From assembly GCA_001642005.1 (NCBI GenBank), contig LWCA01000017.1, positions 22,040-86,039 on the forward strand: DNA of 64,000 nucleotides, written 5' to 3'. This DNA comes from Intoshia linei. Its lineage: Eukaryota; Animalia; Orthonectida. Position 1 is the first letter of the stretch, and every line of letters starts with the position of its first letter. Made by a program: the position numbers and the translations under genes. A model generated the notes under the pieces. The model did not search any database. It saw only the letters and a list, made by a program, of their open reading frames with translations, and was not told where the DNA came from. Positions 24,936 through 37,500 of this stretch are shown piece after piece.

Positions 24936-26459
24936 ATGTCTCTGGAAAATGAATATTTGTTATATGAAAATTCAGATAATGATGAAAACTCTACCGCCGA
25001 TATGAAACACGATACAATGGGAAAAAGTATAGATGGAAGTCAAGATGATTCAACTGTAATTATAAAATTACCATTTATATTGGGACCATGCTGTCGATAT
25101 TTGGTTGGAATATTAATTGCAATATTATGCACGGGTTCATATTTTAGTTATGATTCACCCGGCTCTATGAGTAAACACTTGGCAGAGTACCCTCTTGAAA
25201 TTGAAAATGACAAATTCATGCTACTTTATTCTCTTTATTCGTGGCCTAACGTCATAATGTCCTTTATTGGAGGTTTCTTAGTGGACAGAGTACTTGGCCT
25301 ACGGTTGGGAGCTTGTATATTCATATTTCTAGTGTCAATCGGGCACGCATTAGTAGTTGCTGGTTTGTTTATGAACAAATTTTGGATCATGTGCCTTGGC
25401 AGATTTATATTTGGACTTGGTGGCGAATCTCTACAAGTCACCCAAAACAGTTATGTAGTCAAATGGTTTGAAAAACACGGTGAATTAAACACGGTATTTG
25501 GCTGTATGCTAAGTTTAGCTAGACTGGGCTCTTCCATGAGTCTCATCATCCTTCCGTCAATATACAAATCTCTGAGTAAATACCATCTATCCAATACAGT
25601 AAAATTAGGATTGACATTCTCGGTCGCATTACTATTTTGTTGTGTATGCTTCATCGTTTCCATTCTATTGATGCATATTGATAAAAAAAAGGAAGTTGCT
25701 GAAAAGATATTTCAAAAAAGCGTAGTAAAGCATACGAATGGTACATACGGAACATTTGATCAGGATCAAACTGACACTACTGAAAATACTAAAAAGATTC
25801 GAATTTATGATATCAAAAACTTTTGTCTATCTTTCTATCTCATTACATTGATAATTGTATTATACTATTTGGCAGCATTTCCATTTGTATCTATCGCAAG
25901 TTCATTTATACAACGAAAATACGAATATGATGATATAACAGCTGGACAGATAGTAGGTGTTATTTATATTGCTTCCGGATTAATATCTCCCTTTATTGGG
26001 ATACTTATAGATAAAGTTGGTTATAATATTTATTGGGTTCAATTTGGTATTATGCTTACTCTATTAGTGCATATTTTATTTTGTTTTACGTTTACTCCCC
26101 CAATTATACAAATGTTGATAATGTCAATTGGTTTCTCTATTGTATCCAGTGCACTATGGCCCATGATTGCAATGACAGTTGATAAGAATTACTTGTCTAC
26201 TGCTTTTGGTTTAACACAATCAGCTCAAAATCTGGGCCTAGCAATTTTTACAATAGTAATTGGTTACATTTCAAAAATATTTGGCTACTTTTTATCCGAA
26301 GTTATATTTGTTACTGTTGTATGTTGTGCCCTTTTAGTTAGTCTATTTTTGTATATCGAAGATTTGAAACAAGGAGAACAGCTCAACATGTCCAAGAAAA
26401 AACATATAAATATACAGATAGCCAAAGAACTTATTAACGAATCCACCGAAATTTTGTAA
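24936..26459 (+). CDS. MFSD1: MFS transporter, MFSD1-like lysosomal carrier; single exon, 507 aa
   Basis: GSYFSYDSPG, LYSLYSWPNVIMSFIGGFLVDRVLGLRLG, GRFIFGLGGESL, TAFGLTQSAQNLGLA; about 12 hydrophobic segments; N-terminal ExxxLL (ENEYLL). Confidence 0.93.
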   Translation: MSLENEYLLYENSDNDENSTADMKHDTMGKSIDGSQDDSTVIIKLPFILGPCCRYLVGILIAILCTGSYFSYDSPGSMSKHLAEYPLEIENDKFMLLYSLYSWPNVIMSFIGGFLVDRVLGLRLGACIFIFLVSIGHALVVAGLFMNKFWIMCLGRFIFGLGGESLQVTQNSYVVKWFEKHGELNTVFGCMLSLARLGSSMSLIILPSIYKSLSKYHLSNTVKLGLTFSVALLFCCVCFIVSILLMHIDKKKEVAEKIFQKSVVKHTNGTYGTFDQDQTDTTENTKKIRIYDIKNFCLSFYLITLIIVLYYLAAFPFVSIASSFIQRKYEYDDITAGQIVGVIYIASGLISPFIGILIDKVGYNIYWVQFGIMLTLLVHILFCFTFTPPIIQMLIMSIGFSIVSSALWPMIAMTVDKNYLSTAFGLTQSAQNLGLAIFTIVIGYISKIFGYFLSEVIFVTVVCCALLVSLFLYIEDLKQGEQLNMSKKKHINIQIAKELINESTEIL

Positions 26460-27169
26460 AACTATGTTAAATCTATTAAAATTTTTCTATTCTTGTGCTT
26501 ATCAAGGTGGGTTCCGGTGTAGTTGGGGGTTTTGCGAAATTTTCAAATCTACTAGATTTTGAACTTTACCATTTATTTCGTCAGTGGTAGAAATGAAAAG
26601 GCAATATTAGTGATATGAAAGATTAATATTAAAAAATATAAGAATGGTTTAATTTTTACAAATTCGTTTTTCATCGTATTTAACATCTTTGTCTTGATCT
26701 TGATTTGGTGGCTTAATATCTGTAACGTCTGTAACATGCAATTGCTGAATTTTTAAAATCTACAAAAATAATTCGATGGTTATCATTAAAATTATGGCAA
26801 AATATTTTAAGATATTAGTGTACCGAAAATATTCATGAATCATGATACATTCATTTATTAACATTGATGTAAATGCATTTCACTTAAAAGCTGACGAAAT
26901 CATGTGTTTATCTACACTGTAGTTGCAAAAGAAGTATTTGAACAGAAGGATTGATTAATTAGATTTTATTTATCTTTGATAAATTAATTTTTCCAATCGA
27001 GATATGTAAAAGTAAATTTTTAGAAGGTTAAAAAAACCACTTATCTAAAAAGCAAATCTAGGTGGGGTGCAAGGGTGGACAAATGTTCCCTAAAATATTT
27101 GAAGTTGTTGTATTACCATTGTGAAAAACGAAAAAAAATTTCTAGGACCCCTCGCTTACGTTTTATGTA

Positions 27170-28577
27170 CACGGTTCATCATAACATAATAATTTATCAA
27201 TGAGTAGACCAAATAAAATAAATTTTTAATTACGGGTTAAATATATATTTATCTTTATTTGTATACATTTAATACTTTGTGGTTCCTCCTTTAGCGTTGA
27301 TTAGGGATTTAATGCTGTGAGGCATTGAATTTATAAGACTTTTCGATAGTTCTTTAATTGTAGATGAATTGCTCCAGACAAAATTGATGCGATTAATCAA
27401 TTTAGATTTTGTTCTTATTTGCATTCTATAGATATATAGATTCTATACATAATCTGGTGAACCTCATCTTTCAATTTCCACCACAAAATTTATATAGGAT
27501 TCATGTCTGGCGAATTTTCAGGCCAATCCAGGACAGAAATACCCTTATTCTCAAAATAGCAAGTGATGATTTAGCTTTGTGGCAAGAAGCTGAATCTTGC
27601 TGTAATACCAACCCTCCATTTGTATTCCATTCAGTTATTTCATTTAAAAATACTTGTAAAACATTCTTGTAAACTTTTTGTCCATTTTACCTGTCACAAT
27701 CTGTATTTTGCTAATACCCATAACATATAACCACCAAATCATAAATTTACATGGAAATTTTACCGTTTTTTTGATACAATCTGGTCTAAATTCTTCATTT
27801 GACCGTCTCCGTACATTTAATGATCTGTAAGCCAGCACAGTTATCATAGATTCGTCAGAAAATATGACCTATAAATCAATAAATTAACTTGAATTTTATT
27901 AATTAAAATATGATTCAAAATTAGTGAATATTTATATATTTTTTTGAATATAAATGAATTACCTTGCTCCAATCATGTTCAGTCCAACTTTCATACTTTT
28001 TTACCCATTCGAACCTGGATTGTTTCATCTTTATATATAGAAGGGTTTTTTAATTTTAGTTATATCATTTATACCCCGATGCCAACAGTCGACGGTTAAC
28101 CGTAATTCTTGATAAATAACTATTTCGTTGTTTAAGTTTTGTAACAACTTTAGAATAACTCGAATTTCGCTTTTAAATTGCTGTTTTGACAATTATTCTG
28201 TTAATTCTTTCGGTTGTGGACTTTTTCCTACCAGATCTTTTTCGATTTGAACCAAAAATTTGCGTATCATTTGTAAATTTTCAATTTATAAATGAAACAG
28301 TCGATTGAGACACACAAAATAAATCAGTAATAATTTCTTTATAAATTTCTATTGTATAAATTTCGTTAATACGCTATTTTTTACATATATTATTTAAATG
28401 GTGATTTAATCATCATTTTTCAATTATAAATATGTTCAATTTTTTTATTTGATGTAGTATAATTCAACAGTTGTTTGTATCTTAAAATTAATATTGTGGT
28501 GTAGTTAATAAAAATATATAGCCATGAAATGAATATATAAAAAATTATTATAATAATATAATCATTGATCAACCCTG
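27170..28577 (-). mobile_element. Degenerate full-length Tc1-like transposon with an intron-containing transposase
   Basis: TA-flanked imperfect TIRs (CACGGTTCATCA / CAGGGTTGATCA). WSK|VIFSDES, VKFPCKFMIW, QQDSASCHKAK, GGTTKY*. Several lesions. Confidence 0.85.
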
Positions 28578-28767
28578 TATCGACCCAATAATGATCATTA
28601 ATCTAGGTATTATTTTTTATGCTAGTAATATCAGTTAAATAACGTTGTACATTTTCGAAAGAGAACTTGCCGAAAATGTCGATTTTGATGCAGTTGAACA
28701 ACTCAACAGTATTTGAATGTTCAACATTGAAAAATTTGAAAGACGTTCGAAATAGCGCTCATCATAA

Positions 28768-29665
28768 TAGCAACGTTAAAAATAGCAAGTATTGCAAAAA
28801 GCATCATAACAGCGACTATTACAATTAGTATCATAATAGCGACGATTAAAAAAAGCTTCATAACAGTGACTATTACACTAACCATCATAATAGCAAAGAT
28901 TTTATAAAATCATTTTTTTGATCCAAAATATGATTAGGGTTTAAGGGTTTATTTTTGGTACTAGAATGTAATGAGGATCTTTACAGTTCATTTTTTAAAC
29001 CAAAATATGATTAGGGTTTTTAAAAGGTTTATTTTTTGTACTATAATGTAAAGAGGGTATTAAAGGTTTATTTTTTGAACCAAAATATGATTAGGTTTTT
29101 AAAGTGTTTATTTTTTGTACCAAAATATAATGAGGGTCTTTAAGGTTTATTTAAAGGATAAAGTTTATCTATAAGGATACATGTATGTACAAAATAATGC
29201 ATAATAACTATTATCCATTTATTCAAAATCAATACTTTTATCAATTACATATTAACGTAAAATTAGTGTCATTAATTGCATTTCTTATGTTGTATATCGT
29301 ACACCTTTTTACAGATATTTTACAACAAAAAAAAATTTCATTTAATAATATTTAATTGATCGTATTATAACGTAGCTTTGTAACAACAAATAGAAATGTT
29401 AAAATGATATCCTAAACATAATATGGTTAAAAAATAAATTTTAAAAACCCTAATCATATTTTGGTACAAAAAATAAACCTTCAAAACCTTCATCATATTT
29501 TGGTATAAAAAATAAACCTTCAAAACCATCATTACATTTTGGTTCAAAAAAATCATGTTATAAGATTTTATAAAATCTTCGATATTATAATGCTTTTTCT
29601 AATAGTCGCTATTTGATAGTTGCCGTTATGATGCCTTTTGCAATAGTCGCTGTCATTAACGTTCA
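28768..29665. mobile_element. Foldback-like element: long inverted arms of ~23-bp and ~39-bp tandem repeats around an AT-rich spacer
   Basis: Left arm (catcataacagcgactatt)n then (ccaaaatatgattagggtttttaaaggtttattttttgta)n; reverse complements at ~29410-29665. Confidence 0.75.
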
Positions 29666-30254
29666 CTGTATAATTTTTGTAGAATGAAAATTAAAAAAAA
29701 AAAATATAAATTATTATTGTTGGTAGCAATATATTAATAAATAAGAATTTGAATTTAAAGAAATTATATGCGTTTGGGCGTTTAATAATTATTTTTACCC
29801 CTGGCTGAAAATTCTAGATTCGCCACTGATAAGGTAACATTGAGTAAAAACTCATTCAATTAAAAACAACAACAAATGTGACACATAAAAAATTGCGACA
29901 TGACTAATACAGGAGTTATTCAGGTAATTACAAATTTCTAATAATCTACATCTTTTTTCGATTCAAATTAAATTACCATTTCAATATCAATTATATTTCA
30001 ATATTCAATTTAAATTTTAGCTTTTTAAATCGATCTTATAATAAAATAACAAATAAATCAATTTTGATAATATTAAAATTACATATTATTAAAATATTTT
30101 TACCAAACTGTCAAAAGAGAATTTTCAAGTTACTTTTTTATCAAACCATATTTAAATAATTAACATGTAAATAAAATTGACGAGAACAATATGCTTTAAA
30201 ATTTACGTTAGAATAAATTTAGTACAGTGAAATTTACAATAATAAATTAAATAC

Positions 30255-31900
30255 CTCTCGATTGATAGTGTCAAATTTTTCTTGAATTTCAGACATTTCA
30301 TAATGTATCATGTGATTTTTCGTGTTTGGTGTAACCGATATACCAAAAATAGATATAGAATAATCTGACATAATGGTAATCAAGATTATTACAATAAAAA
30401 ATGAAAATATAGCCGAAATAGGTAAAATTGTAAGTGGAATATCGTGAAAAATGCTGATAAAAAATTTTCTAAAGGCAACTCCAATATGTTCCAAAGGTTC
30501 AATGATTAATTTGGTAATAGTTGCAACAAGGACCTATATATTAAAATGTACAACAATATAAGTGTATAAAAACTATATATTTTCAATTTTATATGTTAGT
30601 AAATCAGGGGTCAGCAACCTTTTTCATTTAGTGGGCATCTTTTTTATATAAAATAATTATATGGGCCGTTTTTGAAGATTTCAATTTTAACTAAAGAGAA
30701 ACGGTTCTAGTATATTCAACAAAATAAAATCCGAGACGATCTGAAAATTCAGTATTAAAATAATGATAATGAGCCAATTATATTAGAAAATGTTTAAAAC
30801 GGTGTTTCAAAGTTAAAAAATAAATAATTTACATAATTACTTAAAAGGCCACCAAAATTATTCTGTGGGTCACTAATTGCCGACCCCTGTAGTAAATAAA
30901 TGGTTGATCTAGGCTAAAATGGACCAGTTAATTAAACGTGATTGACAGGCCATTGGAAATTGAATTGACCTTTTAAATATTGAATTACCTTATTAGGCGA
31001 AATTTCCCATATAGGTTCGACTAAGATAGCTTTATTATACTCCAAACAAGCATCTTCAGATAAAATAAAATAAGAAGAAACAATTTTGAGAAAATTTTGT
31101 TGACCACAATTAAAATTGTTTTTATTTTTTGAAATTTGAGTAAGTTTTTTTGCTTTTTCAGTTTGATAAAGAAGAAATGCATTCCATGGTAAACTTAGTA
31201 AAAATACATATGGAGTCGATTTTAAAATGCATTGATACAAGCTAATATTCACTTTCAGAAAAAATTGTATAATGTATAAAATTAGGGCAATACACAGAAT
31301 TGTACAAAAAATATATCGAGAATTTTCTATACAAAAGTTTACTGCTTGGTTTAAAGAAGAATAATCATCATCGAAATAGTTGAAATTTTTATATTCTTGA
31401 TCCTGATCAGTTTGTTCAATATGAATAATCATTTTTATTAAAAAATCGTGGACTCTCTTCATGTATTTACTTTCCACTTTTATTTCTTTTGTGGTGGCAT
31501 ATTTTCGGAGAACATTCAAGTCTTTCTCGGTTATATAAACATGAAGCCGAAAATTGGAATCTTTTGACTTGTATTTTTCTACCAAATGGATCATACGCCG
31601 CAAATATACTTTAAAATGCCTATTTGCCCTGTTCAAATGTAATTCTTTGTCGATGAGTTCGTTTGTATCAACAATATCAATATTTTCCCCATTTATCGGA
31701 TTTAAATTTATCTATAAATTATATATATAGATTATTACTGTTTTAAACTTTTTACTGTTTCAGATTTATTATTGCACACCATTAATAGGCTCAAAACTAA
31801 AATTAACAACATGAAATTAACAAAAAAAGGAAACTATCTTTATTGTTTGAGTCTCGACACTTTTATGTATTTCAATTTCAGATTCAGAATATGAAAAACA
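30255..31900 (-). CDS. CLCC1: CLCC1 / Mid-1-related chloride channel (MCLC)-like ER membrane protein; termini uncertain
   Basis: LSLPWNAFLLYQTEKAK...DACLEYNKAILVEPIWEISPNK|VLVATITKLIIEPLEHIGVAFRKFF...DIP plus TM helix, matching the CLCC1 core. Confidence 0.78.
30605..30889. mobile_element. hAT MITE in a CLCC1 intron
   Basis: CAGGGGTCAGCAA...TTGCCGACCCCTG with perfect 8-bp TSD tagtaaat. Confidence 0.88.
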
Positions 31901-32423
31901 TTTTGTAATCAACAATTTAAAATTTTGGTTAACTCTAGGACCATTTATAGTTTAGCAGTTAAATTAAAAATTTAAACTAAACTTTAGCCCCTAAAATTGA
32001 AATACATTGAATGTATTACATTCTATTGATTTTATTAGTAACCAAGGTAAATATATTTATTTTGAATTTTAGGTTAAAAGTTTACGTATTTTCTCGTTTT
32101 TAATCTTTGCACATTATCAAATAGCAATTTTTTTTTTATCATAATTTAAAATGCTCTAATTTTCATTTATTTCAAAGTGCGCCCTGAAGTAAAAAAGGTT
32201 AAGAAACACTGGCATTTAGTATAATCAGTCCTTCCCAAAAGAGTCCACTGTAAAATTAATTTACATGTTAATATTATTATGGAGAAAAAATCACTTAATA
32301 CCGCCCAAACGAAAAAATTCACTTTTATTAACAGTTTGTTAGAATCTACTTTTTTAATTTTACTAAACCTAAGGAGTCTGTTCATAATATCTATTGTTTT
32401 TAATTATTAGACTATGCTATCTA

Positions 32424-33705
32424 TTAGGTTGCCCATAAAGTTATGTCGCTTTTATTTTCACAATGTTTTTTAATCATTATATGATCAAAAACATTTAAAC
32501 TAATTTGAAATTAACAATGCTTTTGGATAAAATGTTTAATGATGCATCAGATGGAAGTATAAATTATTTATATACACAAATATTTATTATGAATTTAGAC
32601 AAAAAACTTTGTGATTTTGAAGAACATATTCGCCATATTCAATTATATGAGTATAATAATTCTCATTCTGCTGTTAAAGCAACTCAAAATATATGTAGTG
32701 TGTATGGTCAAGATGTCATACAACGAAGAAAAACACAAAGATGGTTAACCAAGTTCATTAAAAAAAATTATATGCTTAAGGGATGCCCAACGTTCCGGTA
32801 GACCTCTCTTGGGTGATATTGATTCAATAAAAGAAGCATTGAACATCTCTCCTATTCAAACATGTAGATCGCTTACTAATGTTGCTGGTTGTTCAAAATC
32901 AAGTGTGTTTAATATGTTAAAAAGAATGAAAAAGGTCAATAGGTTTGGTATATGGGTTCCTCACTTATTGTCAAATCAGCAGAGATTAAATAGAGTTAAT
33001 TTATGTTCCTCTTTATTATTTCGACTGAAGAGTGAAGCATTTCTGGAATATGTGATAACTGGAGATGAAAAGTGGATTCAATGTGACAATACAAGACTTA
33101 AAAAACAATGGTTATCATCCGGCCAACAACCAGTGTGTACTCCAAAACCATACATGGAAAAAAGGTAATGTTGTGTATATGGTGGGATATGAAGGGCGTA
33201 TTGTTTTATGAATATCTTAAAAACAATGAAACGATTAATTCTGATAAATATTGTGAACAATTAGAAAAATTGAACCAAGATATCCAAATAAAAAGGCCTA
33301 AAATGTTCAATAGGTGTAAAATAATATTGCATCATGACAATGCTAAACCACATACTTTTAAAAAGACTCGTAATTTTTTAAGGGACTTAAATTATGAAGT
33401 ATTAGCGCACCCACCATATTCACCAGATATTGCACCTTCAGACTACCATCTTTTCAGATCCATGAGCAACCATTACCAAGACAAAAAATACAGTTCAATT
33501 CAGGATTAAAATTGGACATAGATGACTTTTTGCTTTGTAAAGATACCAATTTTCATTCAAGTGGAATATATAAACTACCACAACGCTGGGAAAGAATTGT
33601 GGAATCTAACGGAGATTATTTTATCAGTTAAATTAATTTATAAACACTTAAAATAAACGTTTTAGTTTTAGTCTATAAAATGAAATTATTTATTGGACAA
33701 CCTAA
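32424..33705 (+). mobile_element. Full-length mariner (DD34D) transposon with a frameshifted transposase (~32589-33630)
   Basis: TA|TTAGGTTGCCCATAAA...TTTATTGGACAACCTAA|TA; 1282 bp. WVPHLL, ITGDEKW, LHHDNAKPH, HPPYSPDIAPSDYHLFRSM. Confidence 0.95.
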
Positions 33706-34518
33706 TATTATAGTCTAGCTATATTTCCCTGTAACGTCAATTTATTCAAATTTTACTTAATTTTTCCAGTATTGTGTTATATAATATTAAATAATTTATG
33801 TTATTTATATTGTGAGTTAATATCTCATTATTTACTTTAATATAATTCTCCAAATCACCTAAATTTGCCTTGTAAATATTTGTCATGTCATTAATCTGAA
33901 ACTCTTATTAATACCTATCTTGATTACCTGGATAAATTAACTATATATTGGTGTTTACATTAATTATATCAATAGATGCATAATTTGACTTGGCGTTTAC
34001 TTAATAAACAATCTGAATATACACATCATAATGTAATTTATAAATTATCGATTAAATACAGTTAAATAATTAATTAATATTCTAAACACGACATCACTGT
34101 TATAGCAAATTATCAAAATAATATTTATATGCTTAAAATTATAAAAAATCGATATAATGTTCCTTTTACATATTCTAACATTCACGTTTGATAATTAGTA
34201 AATATAGAAAATTAAAACTATTATCACGATTTATGATATTTTGTTCAGGTAAATGACACTTTATGGTAACTAAAAGTATAGATACCAAAGTACAAAATGT
34301 ATTGCTAAATATAAAAATATTTTCAGTTTAAAGTTTTCATGTTAATTTATTTTGTCTCTAATAAATTGGTTCACGTCTTTGTAGCTTATGATTAACTATA
34401 AATAAAATATATTTGTGTTCTATTTATTTCGTTATATTCTATTAGTTGCAAATTAAAGTATATCAATGTAAAATGATAACTTTAAAATTGATTTAAATGG
34501 TTTCACAATAATTAAATA

Positions 34519-37500
34519 ATGCTCAATTACGCTATTTTTTTCATTTTACTTCAATCTATATATTGTGAAAAGCATTATGTTGTTCATACCAAATCGGAGA
34601 ATGTGAATATTTCTCAAATTGAAGAAATATTGGGAATGAAACATGTTCATGCCGTAATTTTTATATTGATTTTATTTTTTATTTTAATCGTCCAAAATAC
34701 TGAGTAATTGATTGATTAATTTAAATATTCAAATATCACGTTTAACTTCGCCTCAGAATCCGTCGGAATCCCTTTGTATCTAAAAAATTAAAATGTAATT
34801 TGTAGATAACTTTTTGAATTTTGAGATTTCTTCTTTTTTTTGTTGAAAACACTAATGTACCAATGTACAATACTAATAAAAATGTAATTAAATTTCAAAA
34901 CCAACAACCTAAGTATTTATTATAGTCAAATGTAACAATAGTACACTTATAATTATTTTTTGTGTAATGCATTGTACATTGTAACATTAATGATTAAATT
35001 AATAACATTGAGATATATTATATACAAAATATTTTTTAAATAATTTTTTAATTTTAATTTTATTTAGATGCACAATCAACATATGCACCTTTTTGTTAGA
35101 TTAAATGATGCTGATCCAGATATTTCAAAAAGATCAAAAATTGATAACGATTTGGTAAATATAATATGTTAATATACAATATTTAACGTTTCACCCTTTT
35201 TTATGAATTTAAAGTAAAATGTATTTTAAAAATGTATAATGTAAATCTCCGTCTCATCGTTGTCCGATCGGTGTAAGGATACTTTACATAAGAACTGTAA
35301 TGATTACATTGGTTGTATTCGGTTGAATTGACGTGAGCATATTTTTTTATTTTTCATTTGGTACAAACTAATACTGATAAGCTGGATAATTTTATGAATT
35401 AGATTGATAAAATAGAAGAACAAGAAGTTTTGAAAAGATTTGGTAGACACACCATGAATACAATCAATTTCGATATGAATCCTAACAAAAATAAAGAAAT
35501 GACTACATTTGATAATATAAATGAAAAAGATTCTAAAATACGAAATAAATTATATTATAATCCATTCGAAGAAGAAATTAAGCGTGTTAAATTTGATACT
35601 AGAATGGAAGAGTGTACAAAATTCGATTTGGGTGATATTTTCAATGACCCACTCTATAAATATCAGTGGCAAATGGTAATATATAATGGAATACTATTTT
35701 ATTTGTCAGTATGTAATTATCGAAACTCTCTGTATTTTAATAAAAAATTGTCGGTATAAATCAGTAGTTTTCCACCTTTTTGTGTGCGCGACCCCCTCAT
35801 AAACATAAAAAATAATCGCGACCCAAAAATTTTCTATATACTCCAAACATCTTATCAATTCACATAAATGAAAATATTAAAAAAGCATATTCAGTTTTAT
35901 TTATATTTTATACTGTGTTTAAATTCTCACGACCCCCTGATAAATTTCGCGACCCCCGGTTGAAAACACGGGTATAAATCATATATAATATCATATACAA
36001 ATAGTCAACTGGCACCTAAAATACTGAAAATTTATTATATCAACCGACAATTTAATATTTTTACTGACGAACTATTTAAAATACTGACACTTTACGGATT
36101 AAAATACTGACGCTATAAATACAAGCCTATATAATGTATTGTACTACATATTATAATATATTAAAGTTAAAATTATTAGCATAAAGCCAATAATTATTAA
36201 AGTATTGATGACTTATCGGAAAAGTGACAAAGAAACGTTTACATCAGTGTTTTTTGGCCTTTTTGACTTCAGAGCGCACCTGTAAAATACATAATTATTT
36301 GGGCCACATTAAATTTTGATAAGAAAAAACACATTGATATTCGAAAATGTGCAAAAATTAAGAATGATAAAAATATAAAATTATAATAAAAAAATAGTTT
36401 TATTTAGATGTTAGAGCAGGGGTGCACAACGTGCGGCCGTGGGCAATACATCTGATCATAATGCAATATATCATTTTACTTCAAATTGAAAAGTTAAAAT
36501 TAGATTTTATTCACTATTTAAAATATTTTAATCAAAAAGTTACATTCTTGACTTTGTCCCAGTTTTTCAAATTTTTTTTAAATCAGGTATTTTCTTATAA
36601 AATCAATCAGAAGAATTATTGATCTAAAAACTTTGTAAAATAAAATTTTTCATAAAAATATTGGTAAAAGCAATTTTTTTCTTTAAGGGTTAGTAAAATT
36701 TGGTTGTTTTTATTGGAATCAGATTAAGTAGTTTTATTCTAAAACTTAGGTAGAAATAAATTTTAGTTTTAATTTACATTAGTTGTTATGTTTTAAACAA
36801 AATGTTATGAAAATAAGAATTAGAGATTGAAAAATTGCGTAGTAATGAAAAAAATATCGAACGAATGAATTATATAAATTTTCACCCATATTTCTTTATT
36901 GGAAATGTGTAGACGTTCAATGGACATTCTTTTTAAAATTGTAGGATCAATATTTACATTTTCAATTGTTATTTTAATCGAAATATTTCAAAAATATTGG
37001 TTGATAATATATTAAAAATTATTTTTTCACTGGGAATACGTACATTTTTGGAGTTGAAATTTTGTATTTATATCAAATGGAAATAGTTCTATCAGAATAA
37101 TCTTTTTTTTAATTTTCTGACCGTTAATTATTTCACATTTTTTGTTTTAATAAAGTATTTCGGAAAAAAAATATATAAATACTAAAATGCTTTTTTGACC
37201 GTAAAGGCGTCACTTAGAGATTGAAATTCAACGTGTGTGTTAACAGGATACAACTAACCACCTGTAAATTTGTTTAAATTCTAGGGCTGTTTTCATTAAA
37301 AAGAAATTAAAAAATAAAGGGTAATTTGTGGTTTTGGCCCTGAAGATATAATTTTTTTAAATTTAAATTTATGATAATATTTATGATTGTAAAATCCGTA
37401 TCAGAGTATATATTGTTTTCAATTCTCGAACTTGTTATTTCCAAAAAAAGGGAAACTTGGGCTTTTTGAGCCGTAACATGTGAGTTTGGGAGGTTGAAAT

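Noticed and set aside
25235-25663. Antisense ORFs within MFSD1, and similar ones at 18983, 33078, 40443, 54610 and 54943
   Set aside because: Shadow frames of real coding sequence with no recognisable motifs.
32167-32385. 72-aa minus-strand ORF upstream of the CLCC1-like gene
   Set aside because: I could neither splice it convincingly to CLCC1 nor assign a family.
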